Positions 43,028 through 57,706 of a DNA stretch of 64,000 bases are shown in pieces. The stretch spans positions 35,340,001 through 35,404,000 of the forward strand of contig OZ024746.1 of the NCBI GenBank assembly GCA_964016885.1, read 5' to 3'. The stretch comes from Eledone cirrhosa. Its lineage: Eukaryota. Position 1 is the stretch's first letter. Every line of letters starts with the position of its first letter. The translations under genes were made by a program, and so were the position numbers. The notes below the pieces were generated by a model. The model searched no databases, was not told the origin of the DNA, and saw nothing but the letters and a program-made list of their open reading frames with translations.

Positions 43028-45159
43028 GATAATAATAATAATATCACTAATACTATGCTGCTACTGCTACTACTAACAATATGAATATTATTAATACCAA
43101 TATTAAAAATAATAATAATAACAACAATGATTATAATACTACTACTATTAATAACAATAACAACAACAATAATGATAGTATTGAAAAGAATTCCTCTCCA
43201 TTGCAGATGAGAAAGGGCTCCAATGCCTGAACACAAGCCACATGATTCAGTTGCTGTCTCTATCTTCACCTGTTTTACCTAAAGAATATTTTGTTCTTCC
43301 TGATAGGAATTCATACAACCATGGAAGGTAATAACATTTCAAATGATGGTGGTTGTGGCTTGGGTAGGTTTTTGGGGGTAATTGTTCTTGATATAGGTTA
43401 AAAACCTGTCAGTCCTGTTCCAGCTGTCTTTTGTTAGACACAATATATTTTTGACTGCATCATCTTACATTGTTCGTTGTTGATGATATACAAGAATTTA
43501 GCATTTCTAGCAACCACATATAGGCTCCCTTTTTTTATTCTTTGTTGTTGTTTAGTTCCACCTAGTTCCATCCTGGAGCAGATCTATGAACAAAGACAAT
43601 CTGATTGTGAACATCATGACTGTTTGTTTTTTATATAGTACAACTAGTACTATCAAATTGATATTTTATCCTCATGGATTGAGAATGCTATTGAGAATGT
43701 GATAAATTGATGATCACCATATCAAATGTCTGTGATTGCTGAACATGGTTGACTACTGTTCATGATGGTCTGAATTCCCTGGTTGGAATCAACTCACATT
43801 GTTAAGTAGGGACAAGTACTAACATGAGTACGGATAAGTAATGACACCTCAATAGACTATATGATAATCGAATTAAATCCTGGCTATATATTAAAATTAT
43901 TATTCAAATGAAAGGAAATGTCATTAGTAGAACTCCAAAATTTCAATATACCAAATATTAAAAAGAGATATGGAATGGATTCGAACCTGATCTTTGGTAG
44001 TTCTGGTAAGAACTCTCAACGTATTTTGTATGCTTTAAAAGTAGAAGACTGTAAACCTCAATGACAAGAATATTCCTTTGTGCATTAATGACCTGTTTCT
44101 TCATGAAGAAAACACAGTTAAGGAATGTTCTTAATTATTAATAGCATGACATGAAATGGGCTATAAAAGGTGTTTCACCTCAACTCCTCAACCCCTATCC
44201 TTTTTAATTTTATTTTTGTACGTTTTTCATTTTATTTTTTATATTTCTTATACTTTTTATCTTTTTTCTTTGTTTTTAACTTTTTTTTTTTTGAATATCA
44301 AGTTTCCAGAGAATACATGATTGAATTTAATCATTCTTTTTTTTTAATAAAACATTAAGTTATTTTATTTTACAAAGCTGTTTATACAAAAGCAAAACAC
44401 TTTTAAAGGAAACAAAAAACAAAGGAAATGAAAAGAAGATAAAGAAAATACATTAAATAATGTATCGTTGGATGAAACATCACAAAATATTTAAGAAGTT
44501 TACTTGGCACTCATGAGATCCAAAATTTAATCTCACACAATAGGATTTTGTACATTATCATCATCATGTTGAGTTGCCTTTGATAAGTATTCTAGTTGAT
44601 ATTTATCCTTCTCCACTTATCCCTATTCAGCATGGCCTCTGAGAATTCAGTCTTTCTAAGATGTGTGTCTTTACAAACCAGTTTCAGAAACACGTGGCAT
44701 GATGCTGAGCACTTGTTCTTCTACCATGTGAAGGTTACCATAGCAGTAACTGGTGTAATGCCTCCGCCTCATTGTTTTGTCATACAAGACCTATGAGACT
44801 GAGTCTTCAACCATTTATGACATGTGTAATCAGGCTCAGGTTGCCATATATAGACTCGTTTCTTCTGTGCTCCCTCCAAGATAAATTTCACAATTTCCTT
44901 GAGTTCACTGAATGGACTCACTGAATGGACTTTACTTTTAATTCAAAGTTCCCAGCTTTGTCAATAAGCCTCAGACAAAATATTATTTCAAGGTACAAGT
45001 GTTTGCAGGTTATTGATACAATGAGGAGGAAGTTCTGTTGACATAATATTCATCTGTGCAGCTGGAATGAAATTCATTCATATATAAATCCACTGAATTT
45101 TTTTAATCTGAAACTTTGGTCTCTCAGTGTAATATAACAGTAGGCATTATATATTACTA

Positions 45160-45348
45160 CTGGATTAGCAGTATTGGTAGAGGGTCGGACGCCATGCTTT
45201 GATGCATAGAGTTACGGCCCTTTTCATTCTGAATTCAAATCCCGCCGAGGTTAACTTTGCCTTTCATCCTTATGGGGGTTCGATAAAATAAAGTACCAGT
45301 AATGCACTGGGTTATTGCTGGCCCTGTGCCAAAAGTAGAAACAATTAT
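45160..45348 (+). mobile_element. tRNA-derived SINE (family A)
   Basis: Same consensus. Confidence 0.85.
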
Positions 45349-46403
45349 TATTTTTACCTAAATACAATAAATTATCTTAATTCTTTTATATGATCCCATA
45401 TCAAATGTGTTATAATTTTCATTATTTCAAATAATCAATAAGGTTTCCTGCATGACATCATAAATAACCATCATTGTTTATATTTTCATTAAAGATATAT
45501 TCGTAGGTGCACAGTAATACACTGGGATAATTGCAGGCCTTGTGCCAAAATTAGAAACAATTATATATTACTCAAATGGATTTCTTTTCTAAAACATTGG
45601 CATTTTTCAAATAGAAATTTATGGTTAAGTTAATTACACTTATTCTAGATATGATTATGAAGCTTATAGAGACTTTAAAACATTCTAACTGAATCAAGAT
45701 ATCAAGTGAAGTATGAAGTTCATATTATATTCATAATTATTCTATTATAGATTATTTTTTTTAGTGTATTTTTATTATATATTTTACCTCAGTTTTTTAC
45801 TTTACACACATTTTATGAGCTAATTATTTTCAGAAATTTTACTATTGTTATACTATTTCACTTCCATACTTTCATTTCTACATATACTTCCTTTAAATGA
45901 ATTGCATCCAACAGCAGTTTAATATGTATGTATATGTGTATGAGTGTATATGTGTATGAGTGTATGTGTGTAGGTGTGTGCTCAGATTGCAAAGCGCTGA
46001 GAAAATAAAGTAAATATAAAAGATGTGCTCATGGGTGAAGATGTTACAATATAGTTTATAAAGTAGGTAAAAGACCCTTACAGATGGAGAAAAAAAGTTG
46101 CCACTAACTGCAATGAAATATTGAACCCCATATCTCCCATATACTAGCTGTAACACAGATAGTGGAAGGTATCTAATTTATGAGGGTAAGTCTCTTGGCT
46201 TAATGGTTAAAAGTGCCTAGCAAGTATCTGGGAAATATGGGGTTCAATTCATCATAGTGGGCGATGGCGGTTTCTTTTTCCATCTATAAGGAACTTCATT
46301 TTATTTTATAGCATCTCCATGCATGAGCACATAATTCTTGCATCTTCTCACTGCTTAGTAAAAGCCTGAGAGATTGGCTACATATACATGTTGTATACAT
46401 ATG

Positions 46404-46453
<50 letters not shown>

Positions 46454-46570
46454 GTGGGTGTGTATACATATGATATATATATATATATATGTATGTATGT
46501 ATGTGTGGGTGTGTATACATATGATATATATATATATATATGTATGTATGTGTGGGTGTGTATACATATG

Positions 46571-46599
<29 letters not shown>

Positions 46600-46605
<6 letters not shown>

Positions 46606-47650
46606 TGGTTTGTTCCCAAAGTCAGGGTACTGATGTTCTATTTAAACATATATTAGACATACATGAAATTACAAGTTGCCTCCTTCAAAACATGACACTT
46701 TGGAAGTCACATAGTGGTTCCGAGATTTTGTCAATAAGTGTAGTTGAATTTCAACTTAGGGAATAGCTAGATCTGGGCTGTAGGGAGGATGTGGAAGATT
46801 GGGAATGTTTTTCTTCATAAGAAATTCTCTAACTGAACGTTCAGCAGGCACATTATTATAGTGCAGTATCCTATCTTCTGTAATATCCTTTTGGACTTAT
46901 AGGCCTCTTTTTCCAAGTCATTCCAAGACATCTTTATAGATGATGTGATAAACTGTCTGTACTTGAGGTAAAAATTATTTGTTAACAATAGTATAGCTCT
47001 CAAAAAAAATCTTTACCCTAGATTTACTCATACATGCTTTCTTCAGTGTAGGAGAATGTTTTGTGTGCCATTCCTCACTTTGCCATATTGTCTCTGGACT
47101 GTACTCTCCCTTTATTATGTTATCCGAGAAAATGGCTCAATTTTGAGTCTTTCTAACAAATCCTGACAAATTTACACCTGGTTCACATTTTGCTCCACAC
47201 ATAAATGTTTTGCACAAATTTTTCACATTTGTAAATGCACTGTTAAAATTCTGTGAGCTACATATTTATCCAAGCCCATTTCTTCAAAAACCTCAACATT
47301 TAATTAGCTATCTTTCGCCATCACAGCTCATATCACCTCTTCATTTTGTTCATTTGTTGACGAGATTGCCCTTCCTGAATGAGGTTTGTCTTCAATATTT
47401 ACTCAGCTCTCCTTGAAAGCTTTATGTTCCTAAAAAACCTTACTACCCCAAAAAGTGGCATCTCCATAAGCTTGTGTTAAAGAATTAAATAATTTGGTGA
47501 CTGATTTGTTGAGTTTCACATAAAATTTGATCACGTACCGTTGTTTGATATTTTCCTGCATCAAAAACAATACAGAGTTTATAAACATGTCTGTACATAA
47601 ACAGCAATAACTCGTGGCTGTCTACATTGATGATGTTGAAACAAATATGT
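46600..47650 (-). mobile_element. Tc1/mariner transposon fossil
   Basis: Minus strand 46766-46797 encodes LPHPPYSPDLA (mariner signature); C-terminal-like CFEGGNL* near 46670-46700. The far boundary is approximate. Confidence 0.65.
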
Positions 47651-48019
47651 ACGTGCAATCAAGGTCATAACCACCTTGCTACATTGGGGGCAGCATTACC
47701 GTGTTGTATGTAAGGAAATCACTACCATTGGATATGACTTTCCCAAATCAAAAAGAAAATGACAATTAGAGAGGAAGAACACTTGTCAAATTTGGAACAT
47801 ACAAGTGAAATATAGTCTTTAACTCATTTATGAGATCAGTAACTCTAAATATGATCAGACTTGGACTGTGACAACCTGTTAAATGCATTCCATCATGGAG
47901 GTTTTAAAGTTATCTTGGCAAAGATTAAAATCCTAATAAGTATAAAGGAAACACGGCCTTGATCCATTCATGGAAATGGCCTTTCTCAATGTGCAGGAAA
48001 TGCGTGGGTAGAAATTCTA

Positions 48020-49840
48020 TCATCATCACCGTTTTACGTCCGTTCTTCCACGCTAGCTTGGGTTAGATGGGTTGTCCTGCTGTGGGCAGTGTCTGGTCGG
48101 CTGACCATGCCTTGCTCATACATGAACTGATTTGGCTTGATTTCTACAGCTGGATGCCCTTCCTAACACCAACTTCATTTACAGTGAGTGCTGGGTGCTT
48201 TTTCGTGGCGCCTGCACGTCCACTTTACAGTGTGGGCTGGGTGCTTTTTTGCCGTGGCACCTCCACGACCACCTTGCAGTGGGAGGGTGTGGGGTATATT
48301 GTCTATTTGCTTCAGCTTGTACCCATGGGAGGTCGGATACTCTGTATTACTGCGTGACGCCAGAGGTCACGGTCATATGTCATCGCCTTTGAGAGGTGTA
48401 ATTGGGTAAGGTCGGCTTTTATCACCTCATCCCAGGTTATCTTGGGTCTCCCCACTCCGCGGTTTCCATCGACTTCTAGTGCTCTGCACCTTTTATGCAG
48501 CTGTCATCCTTCACATGCATCACATGTCCATACCAACGCATCCGCCTCTCCTGCACACAGCATTTGATTCCTCTTTTGCTCAGTCTCTCTCTCAATTCAT
48601 TTATGCTTTGTCGTTCGCGTATATTACTATTACACATCCATCGGAGATTGCAGGCTTCGTTTCTCTCTAATCTACGTAAGTCTTCCACCTTCAGCGCCCA
48701 GGTCTCACTACCATGTAACATTGCTGTTCGGATACACGCATCATACAGTCTGCCTTTCATTTTGAGGGAGAAGCCTTTTGCAGCTAGCAGTGGTAGTAGT
48801 TCCCTGAACTTCTTCCATCCCGTATTTACCCTAGTTATTGTACTTTCTGAACACCCACCTCCGCTGCTAATTCGGTCACCTAGGTAGCAGAAGCTGTCTA
48901 CTGTCTCTACAGAGCCCTCCCAGAGATTGGTGGTACTTGTTTCCTGTGGCTGTTTGCTGCTTGCTGTCCCAGTACAGCTGCTGCATGTGAAGCCTACATT
49001 CTTAATTAAGCTTCCTGAGATCCCACTACATCTCTTGTGTAACCATTGTTTGCATTTGGGGCAGAGAATGGAGTTCCTACCTACACATTTCCTACATAAT
49101 GAGTAAGGCCATTTCCCTGAGGGGATCTGGGTTCTGTTTTCTCGTCTACTTACAGGGACCTTAGTCTTTGTCATGTTGACTTTGAGACCCTTTCTTTCTA
49201 GTCCCTGCTTCCAAGTTTGGAATTTCTTCTCTAGTTCTACCATAGATTCAGCTATAAGTGTGAGGTCATCAGCATACAGGAGCTCCCATGGGCATCCGGT
49301 CTTAAACTCCTCCGTTATTGCTTGTAGGACTATGATGAACAGGAGAGGGCTAAGAACAGAGCCCTGGTGGACCCCAACCTGTACGCTAAATTCCTCGCTA
49401 TACTCATTGCTAATCCTAACTTTGCTGACTGCTCGCCTATACATAGCTTGTACAGCTTTCACAAGCCATTCATCTACTCCTAGTTTTCTAAGAGCCCACC
49501 AGATTACAGCACGTGGAACTCTGTCAAAGGCTTTCTCGAGATCGACGAATGCCAGGTAGAGTGGCTTACTTTTAGCTAGGTACTTTTCCTGTAACTGCCT
49601 CACAAGGAAGAGGGCATCAGTGGTGCCTCTTCCAGGTACAAACCCAAATTGCATCTTGTCTAGTTTCACCCGGTCCCTAATCAACTGTGCTATAACTCTT
49701 TCTGTTACTTTCATGACCTGGTCCATCAGCTTCATACCTTTATAGTTTCCTCTATCGAGTGCGTCCCCTTTACCTTTGTAGCAGTTGACAATGATGCTAC
49801 TGCACCAATCTTTTTGTATGACACCTTCTAGTATTACCTT
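48020..49840 (-). mobile_element. 5'-truncated RTE LINE (related subfamily) with RT, PHD finger and 3' UTR
   Basis: ORF 48476-49735 (FVDLEKAFDRV, GVHQGSVLSP, YADD); 3' UTR matches 23517-23878. Confidence 0.9.
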
Positions 49841-49849
49841 GTATCCTAT

Positions 49850-50540
49850 GTTACAAATGCAAACTATGGATAAACATGAGATGTAGTGGGATCTCAGGCT
49901 GGCTAAAAATGAACATAGGTTTCATATGTGCTCATTGCACAGAAACAGTATGAGCAAGTAAAATAAGTTGACAGCTTCTGTGACTTGGGTGACCAAATGA
50001 GCAGTGGAGGTAGGTGTTCTGAAGGTACACTACCCAAAGTAAGAACAGAATGGAAAAAAGTTTAGATAGCTACTACTGCTGCTAGCTACAAAGTGTTTTC
50101 TCACAAAATGCAAGGTAGTCTGTATGATGCTTGTGTACAAACAACAATGATGCATAGTAGTGAGACTTGGGCATTGTGGGCAGAGGACCTATGGATATTG
50201 GAAAGAAATGAAACTGATTAATGAACAAGAGTAGCATACATGAACAGCATAGAGACATTGAATTGACTGAGAAACTGGTCATAAGAGGGATCAGATGCAG
50301 TGTGCAAGAGACGAGATTGTGGTTGTATAGACATGTGATGCATATGGACAATGACAGCTTTATCAAAAGATACTGGGCACTTGAAGTTAAAGGAAATTAT
50401 GGAAAGGGATGCCCCAAGAAAACTTGGGATGTGGGATTAAAGCTAATTAGGCACAATTAAATCTTTCATTGGTGATGACACAGGCTCAAGACCTCTGGCA
50501 ATATGCTGTATTGCAGAAAACCCACCTTCCCATGCACACA
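49850..50540 (+). mobile_element. Old degenerate RTE C-terminal fragment
   Basis: RGIRCSVQETRLWLYRHVMHM, GCPKKTWD remnants. Confidence 0.7.
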
Positions 50541-51299
50541 GGATGAAGAAAACATCTAGAGGCATCTATTCTGTTCCAATCTCCCCTTTCCTGCTCATAC
50601 ACCTTCCTACGTCTTAATACTCATCTTAATACTCCAGCTTGCATATTCATTTCATACATTTCCTTCCACATTCTTTGATACACCTTCTGTCCAACCCATA
50701 CTTAGAAGCATGGAAAGCGGGAACCAATCAACACGTGCTCTCCCAGTCCCGCCTTTACGATAAAAGACAATTTGGCTAGACTGCAAGGTGGTTGTTCAGA
50801 TGACACAATGAAATGCCCCCAGACTATAATATAAAGCAGTCATGCATGTGATATGAGAATAAGCACCCACTCCACACTCTAATGTGGTTAGCAAATCAGT
50901 TCCATATGAGCAAGACATGCTCAGCTGATTGATAACCCTTCTAAGTGATGCAATCATGGAAATTACATGTGAAACAGTGATTATGATGATGATATATATT
51001 ATATATGTATGAGTTAATGAAATTTCACTTTAGAATGTTTTTATTGCATATCAAACATTTCATGGTTTTTTTGATATATAGCTGTAGGTTATCATTTTTG
51101 TGCAGAATGATACTGAAGTCTGGTTTATCATATCGATAAAGACCTGGAGCCAATCATCACATATGTACCGTTTGATATGCAATAAACAGATTTTAAAGTG
51201 AAACTTCATTAACATAATATATGCACTTTGCTATAGCATCATGTGCTCATATTAGTGCAACCTCCAGTTATTAACAACATTACTGAACAATGTACATTA

Positions 51300-52920
51300 T
51301 ATATCATCTTCTTCATCATTTTTGCGTCCATTATTCTACACTTGCATAGGTTGCAGGAGTCTTTCTCAGCACATCATCTCTTTACTCGCTGCATGGTGTC
51401 TCAGTAATTTGAGGTCAGCTCTCACTACCTCAACCCAGTTCTTTCTTTGTCTAGCTCTACTGCAGCTTCCTTCCACTGGTATATCCTGGCACTTCTTCAC
51501 CCATCGATCATCATCCATGCATGTCATATGTCTGTACCAACACAATCTTCTCTCCTGCACACCATATTGGACCCTTATTAAACCCAGCTTCACCCTCAGC
51601 TCATCCAAGTTCTGCCTTTCTCTCTCATTTACATTGAACATCCAAGGAAGCATAGTTGCTTCATTTCTTTTCAGTCTATGCATGTCCTCTGCAGTCACAG
51701 CCCATTTTTCACTACCATGCAGCATTGCACTTCACACACAGGTGTTAGAAAGTCAAGCTTTTGTATGTAGGGAGAAACCTTTTGTAGTCAACAGTGGAAT
51801 TAACTCTCTGAACGTTTTCCGTCCTATCCTTATTGTATGTATTATGCTATCAGAGCTCCTTCGTCCATTGCTAATTAAGTCACCTAGATAGCAGAAGCTA
51901 TGAACCACTTCTATGGATACTTCTTGTTACTTAAAAAGGTTTATATCACTGGTACTTTTCCCCTCGATTACCCCTGTGATTCTTGTACATACAAAGTCCT
52001 CCTTTAATTTATGTCTACTTGTTATCCCACTACATCTTTTGTGTACCCATGTTTTGCACTGTGTACATTGTATGGAGTGTATGCCTATTCCTTCTCTATA
52101 TATTAAGCAGGGCCACTTCCCTGAAAAAAATGGGGTCCTATCGTCTTTTCTACTCACTGTCACTTCTGTTTTGGCTAAGTTTACTCTCAGACTGTTTGAT
52201 TCCCAATTTTGTTCCCATAGTCAGAACTTATGGATTTAAGTATAAGGACCAAATCACCTACATAGAGAGGTACCCAAGGACAGACAGTTTTAAACTGCTC
52301 TGTTTTAGCTTGGAGAATTACGATGAACAGCAGTGGGCTGAGAACCAAAGCTTGATGAACTCCTACCTATACTTTCAATTTCTCACTAAACTTGCTTCTT
52401 ACTCCCACTGTACTGGCAGCTCCTCTGTACCTGGCTTGTGCTACTCTCACCTAATTTTCTTAAGGAACACCAGAAAATAAATCAGAGTACTCTGTCAAAA
52501 GCCTTTTCCAGATCAACAAAATCTAAATATAGTAGCTTATTCTTGACTAGGAACATCTTTTGTAGTTTCTTCAATAAAAAGAAGGCATCAGTAGTACTTT
52601 TCCCAGGCATGAAACCAAACTGATTCTCATCTAGTTCGACTCTTTCCCTAATTAACTCCACTATAACTCTTTCTGTTACTTTCATAACTTGGTCCATTTG
52701 TTTCATTCCTCTGTAGTTGATGATCCTTTTTACAGCATCACACTTGTAACAATTTATGATTATACTGCCTTGACAGTCATTGTGTATGACTCCATCCTGT
52801 ATTATCTGATTGTCTATTTGGGTTATTAATTTGATTCCAACTTCTGATAGTTTAGCATCTCAGAAACTATCTGTGACAGTCCTACAGCTTGACCAATCTT
52901 CATCTCTTTGATTGCTTCTT
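51300..52920 (-). mobile_element. Old degenerate RTE LINE
   Basis: MDQVMKVTERVI..FVDLEKAFDRV (52482-52706); CTQCKTWVHKRCSG; MLHGSEKW. Confidence 0.8.
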
Positions 52921-53069
52921 ATATATACAAACAGAGAAAGAATGGTAAACAGCAGGAAAGATAGAGATGCAATGTGTCAAAGGGCAGTTTGCTTACAACC
53001 ATCTTATTTATGGTAACATGGGATGTTCCTTGCCAATATGCAGCTTCTCCCAAAAGGGAGAGGGAGAAG

Positions 53070-53232
53070 AAGGCTTTATCTCACATAATATCGAATCTAT
53101 GAGATTTTGATATTATTTATTTTGAGAAGAATACCTTAATATCAGTGTGAGTGGCGAGTTACAGCCGTTTTGAACAGAAAGAGGTGAGAGAATTCTGGCT
53201 GGATACAGCCAGTTTAAATGCTATAGGGTTAA
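53070..53232. mobile_element. piggyBac-type MITE, partial
   Basis: Matches 311-473 and ends in AATGCTATAGGGTTAA. Confidence 0.65.
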
Positions 53233-54005
53233 AGTGCTTCATTGCAAAAGTATCTCGTTGTGAATCATGTATTTTAAATGTCACTGGTGGTCTTTGTTGT
53301 TTTAGCAGTTGGCATAACATTTATGACTATAATGATGAAATAACCATGGCTAATATAATTCAGTGCTTATAGAATACATAGTAGCTATAGCATACATGGA
53401 GGTAGTCATCATTGTTTAGTAGCTGCCACCTCTATTACAGTTTCTTTTTAAAAAGAACTGTAATCAAACAATGCAGAATTGTCAAATTCAATGAAATGTC
53501 ATTACCTATATATAGTGATCGCTGTCCATGTTTTTTCATCTATAAAGCAACTTTACCTGGTTTTTTTAACCTATCTATGATAACCAACACTGCATCTGAG
53601 TTTCCCTACATTTTCTCTGTATCTGAGTTCTCCACATTTGAACCTCCTCGCACAGTTTTTCGAAAGTTCAAACATTGCATATGATGTCGTTCAGAGTTCA
53701 GAGCTATTTGATTTAGCTTTTAACTTAGCTATTTAGCTCAATGATTAGAACAGTCAGCTGGTATCTGAATGATACAGAGGTCGATTTCACCTTCTATAAG
53801 AGGTTTTTACACAATTTGCTAAACTATTTATAACAAATATATGTATGTATGTGTTTATATATATAAATATATATATATATAATATATATATAGAGAGAGA
53901 GAGGGGGAGGGGTAGAACATTGGAAGGTAATACCCGTAGTGGTAGAGCACTCAGTCCATGGGACGAGTTTGGTAGAAGTAGTAACACAATAGTTAGTTCA
54001 CCATA

Positions 54006-54096
54006 TCGAGAACAATTGTTTCACTTTAGTGGATCTTCAGCTTGGACAGTCCGAGTCCGAGCTGAAGTTCCGCTAAGGTGAAACAATTGTTCTCGG
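54006..54096. ncRNA. Divergent pair of hammerhead ribozyme motifs
   Basis: Consensus of the two arms: CCGAG-CTGAAGA-tCC-gctaa-GGt-GAAA-CAATTG-TT-CTCGG. Confidence 0.6.
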
Positions 54097-56929
54097 TATG
54101 GTGAACTAACTGTTGTGTTACTACTTATATATATATATATATATATATAAATGATTTGAATATCTGTATTTGATGAGGTCAGTATGTTCTCTATGACTGC
54201 TTTAAAATGGTGTCTCTATTAGACTTGTTTGGCTCATGATGATACCATCTGTGTTATTGTTTTAGTTCCATACATGTGCTATTGAGTGGTAAGAACATGA
54301 TGATACAACAGTTGTAGTTTAATTTTTGATTCAGTTTAGTTGTAATACTTTTTTTGCATTGGGCTATTTGTCTTTCGTATTATCCAATGCTAACTTCTAC
54401 ATTATCCATGTGAAAAATATGTGACATTTAAAGATTTATAGCTGATAGCAAAATATTATTTTTCTGACGTTGATGAGAAATTTCTTGTTACATTTATGCT
54501 AAAGGTGGTGTTAAACGAATTGATCTATCAATTTTTACTTTTATTAATATGTGGACATTGGAAGTTGTTCTATACTATTTTTTCACAAACTGATGTTTCC
54601 CAATGCCTCATTGTAGTAGACTTCAATGTGATTGAATATTTATGTCAGCACAAATGTTTAATATTCTCTTAATGTAGCTTACAAAGTTTTAAATATTTGG
54701 GGACTAATAGTTTGATTTTTACTCATATTTACTATGATTTTTTTTTATAATGGTGCTGTTTGCCTGTAGTTATGTTTACCTTGATATATATATAATGGTG
54801 TCATTTGCCTCTAGTTATGCTTAGTTTTATATATATACTGGTGTTGTTTGCCTGTAGTTATGCTAAGTTTAATATTTAAAATACTGCCAATTTTTACCTT
54901 GGTATTGTTTTGATTTTTAATTAAAATTCCTATTACTGTTTTCTTAAATTTATCTATGACAGGAGACTGAAAATTACAGTCATGTTGGAAAATATAGTAC
55001 TTTTTATTCACTAAATCTATTATCATTGAAAATATCCATGGGTATATGTCTGCTTCAGTAACAATTCAGCTGAATAATAATAGGATTAATATAAAGAATA
55101 AATTGCTCATGCACAGAGGTGCTATAAAATAACTTATAAAATAGGATGAAGACCCTTAGAATATGAAGAAAAAAGTTGTCATTGATTGCTATGAGGAATC
55201 AATATCTCCCAGATATCTGCTAGCTGGTTTCAATTCCTCATAGTAACCTATGGCAACTTATTTTTCGATCTTTTAAGGGTCTTCATCCTATTTTATAAGC
55301 TATTTTATAGCATCTCCACATGTGAGTACTTCATTCTGTGTATTAACTTTATCTTTCTCAGCACTTTGTAAGAGATTGGTTTCATATATTGAATAAATTA
55401 AGAATCACACACAAAAAAAAAAATCATGAATGTTTTATCTGGTTGTCCTTCTCAATGCCATATATACATAGCTTGTGTGTAAATATGAATGGAGTATAAA
55501 AGATATTGGCCTAGCCAAGTTATAACTAGTACTGCATATTTCTTCTCAATAATATTAGAATTCTATTTCTTTTCCTCATTTAGTGAGCCCAGCAGTATAA
55601 CAGATTCTTGTATTTTAATTTGTTTTTACTTTTTTGTCAAATACCCACAAATCCTTACATAGAAAGAATGAAATTTAAAAATTCATCAACTGTTTTCTTT
55701 TTGTATTTGTTTTTTTAGCAACTTATGTTTTATGATGTCTGCTAACTCTGAGGTGCACTTTATCTTATTCTCCTGTTGTTTACACAAAATCTGAAAGATA
55801 AAAATCCCATTACAACTATAACAGGTTATATAAAAGAGTAGGTTATTTGTCCTGATGATACATCATCTGTTTTTTCCATTGGGGCATCAACATGTCTTAG
55901 ATTGTATTTTGTTTTCGTTTTCAATGATAATGGTTAGGGTTGTGAATTCATAATCATAAAGCAATGAGTTTAATTCCTGGACTGGGCAGTGTATTCTGCT
56001 CTTGAGCAAGATACTTCATTTTATGTTGCTTTTCCTCTTTCAAGGGCTCTTAAAACACCCAAGACATTTCTTATGGGATGTCCACTTGTTGGAGGCCAGT
56101 TAAACATGTGTAGGATTAATAAGTTTCATTTTTTCAGTGCTGAATTGTATTTGAGTCAGATGAAATAATGTGTGGTATTTTTTTCAGCTCCTTGCATTTT
56201 GAGTTCAAATTCTGCCATGGTCAGTTTTGTTTTTCATCTTTCCAGGATTGATAAATAAACTACCAGATTAGTGACTTGGGATGGTGGAATCATTAAAATA
56301 TCTTATGGGTCACTTTCCAGTATTTATTTTTCTCCATTGTGTTCTGCGTTTAAACCATGCTGTGGCTTAATTGGGTTGTTGTCTTTATCCATTACCTGGT
56401 TTAATACCACCACATTGTCCTTGGGTAATTTTAACAGTGTCATCTCCATTGAAAGCATTCTAGCCAGGTTACTAATAGGAGGATACATTTCTCCTTCCCT
56501 TCTACTCGGTTTGGCAGCTCTAAAATGTGTCATGATCACTGTCCTGGTTTGTCACCGATTAAAGAAAAACACTAAAAAGAATAATGTCAAAAGATATTGC
56601 TATCTTCAGGGATTCTAAAATAGTGGGAGAAAAAGGAGAAAACTATCATTAGACTGGAGACTTGACCCAACTGGTCATGGTGGTAGTGCTATTAAACTAA
56701 ATGAAATCTACTACTCATAAACAAGTAAGACTCCTTTGTAATCTTGCACAGTGATGTTGATCCTGAAACCATATAATAGCAAAATGAATTTTTAACAAAA
56801 CAACCATGGCTGTCCTTGTGGTTGTAGTATTAGCATCAGTAGTAGTTGTAAAAGGAAATCATGTGCATACTTCTTATGTTCAAGAGTTGTAGTCTGTAAA
56901 TTTTATTAATCAGCTGTTCCTTTATTAGT

Positions 56930-57212
56930 GGAAGCATGTGGCTTAGTGATAAGTGTGTTGGTCTTACGATTATAATGTTGTAGATTCAATTCCTGGATTG
57001 CATCCTGTGTTGTGTTCTTGGGCAAAACACATCAGTTTATGTTGCTCCAGTATAGTCTGCTGAAAAAGAGTACCAGCAACAGCTGGGAGTTTAAACCTGT
57101 AATAGACTGAAATCCTGTTGAGAGCGTAGCATTTTACTCTCAGTAGCTTAATGTCACAAAAATCAGGATAAGCCCCAGCCTGATGCACCTCCAGGCTTGA
57201 GGCAGACTTCAA
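56930..57212 (+). mobile_element. tRNA-derived SINE (family B)
   Basis: Colinear with 3715-3985. Confidence 0.7.
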
Positions 57213-57677
57213 ACTATATTTTTATAATTTCTTTATTCACTGTTTTCTGTGTATCCAGTTTATTCTACATAGATTTTGAGTCTGCATATCATAAGAGGCA
57301 ACTAAAAGAGTTGATACCTGGAAGATAATTTGATCATTAAACATTACCATCATTATTAGAATATCATCATCACCATCATCGTTTAATATCCATTTTTTCC
57401 TGCTGGTATAGGTTAGACAAGTACTTTAGTTTTAATAGTGATATTTCTGATGATAATAATTGTTTCTAATTTTGACTCAATGTCAGCCATTTTGTTTGGG
57501 GTGGGGCAGGGAGAGAGCAATTAAATTGAAAAGTAGTTGACTGTTGATTTATTTTATCAACGGCACTACTATAGAATGCACAGATGACTTTGTCTGATAT
57601 TCAAATTATCATAATTTGCCAATCCACCACTATTAATAATAATTAAATTAATTCTATACAATCAACTTTAATAAACA

Positions 57678-57706
57678 TACTAATTTTATTCTATTTTCTT
57701 TTTCAG
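57678..57706 (+). promoter_or_regulatory. 3' splice acceptor of the mannosidase exon
   Basis: Branch-point-like TACTAAT (57678-57684), polypyrimidine tract TTTTATTCTATTTTCTTTTT, then CAG ending at 57706; base composition shifts to exon-like afterwards. Confidence 0.8.

Noticed and set aside
55695-55830. Possible additional exon after a T-rich tract ending in TAG
   Set aside because: Weak donor and no coding signal; such acceptor-like motifs are common in AT-rich introns.
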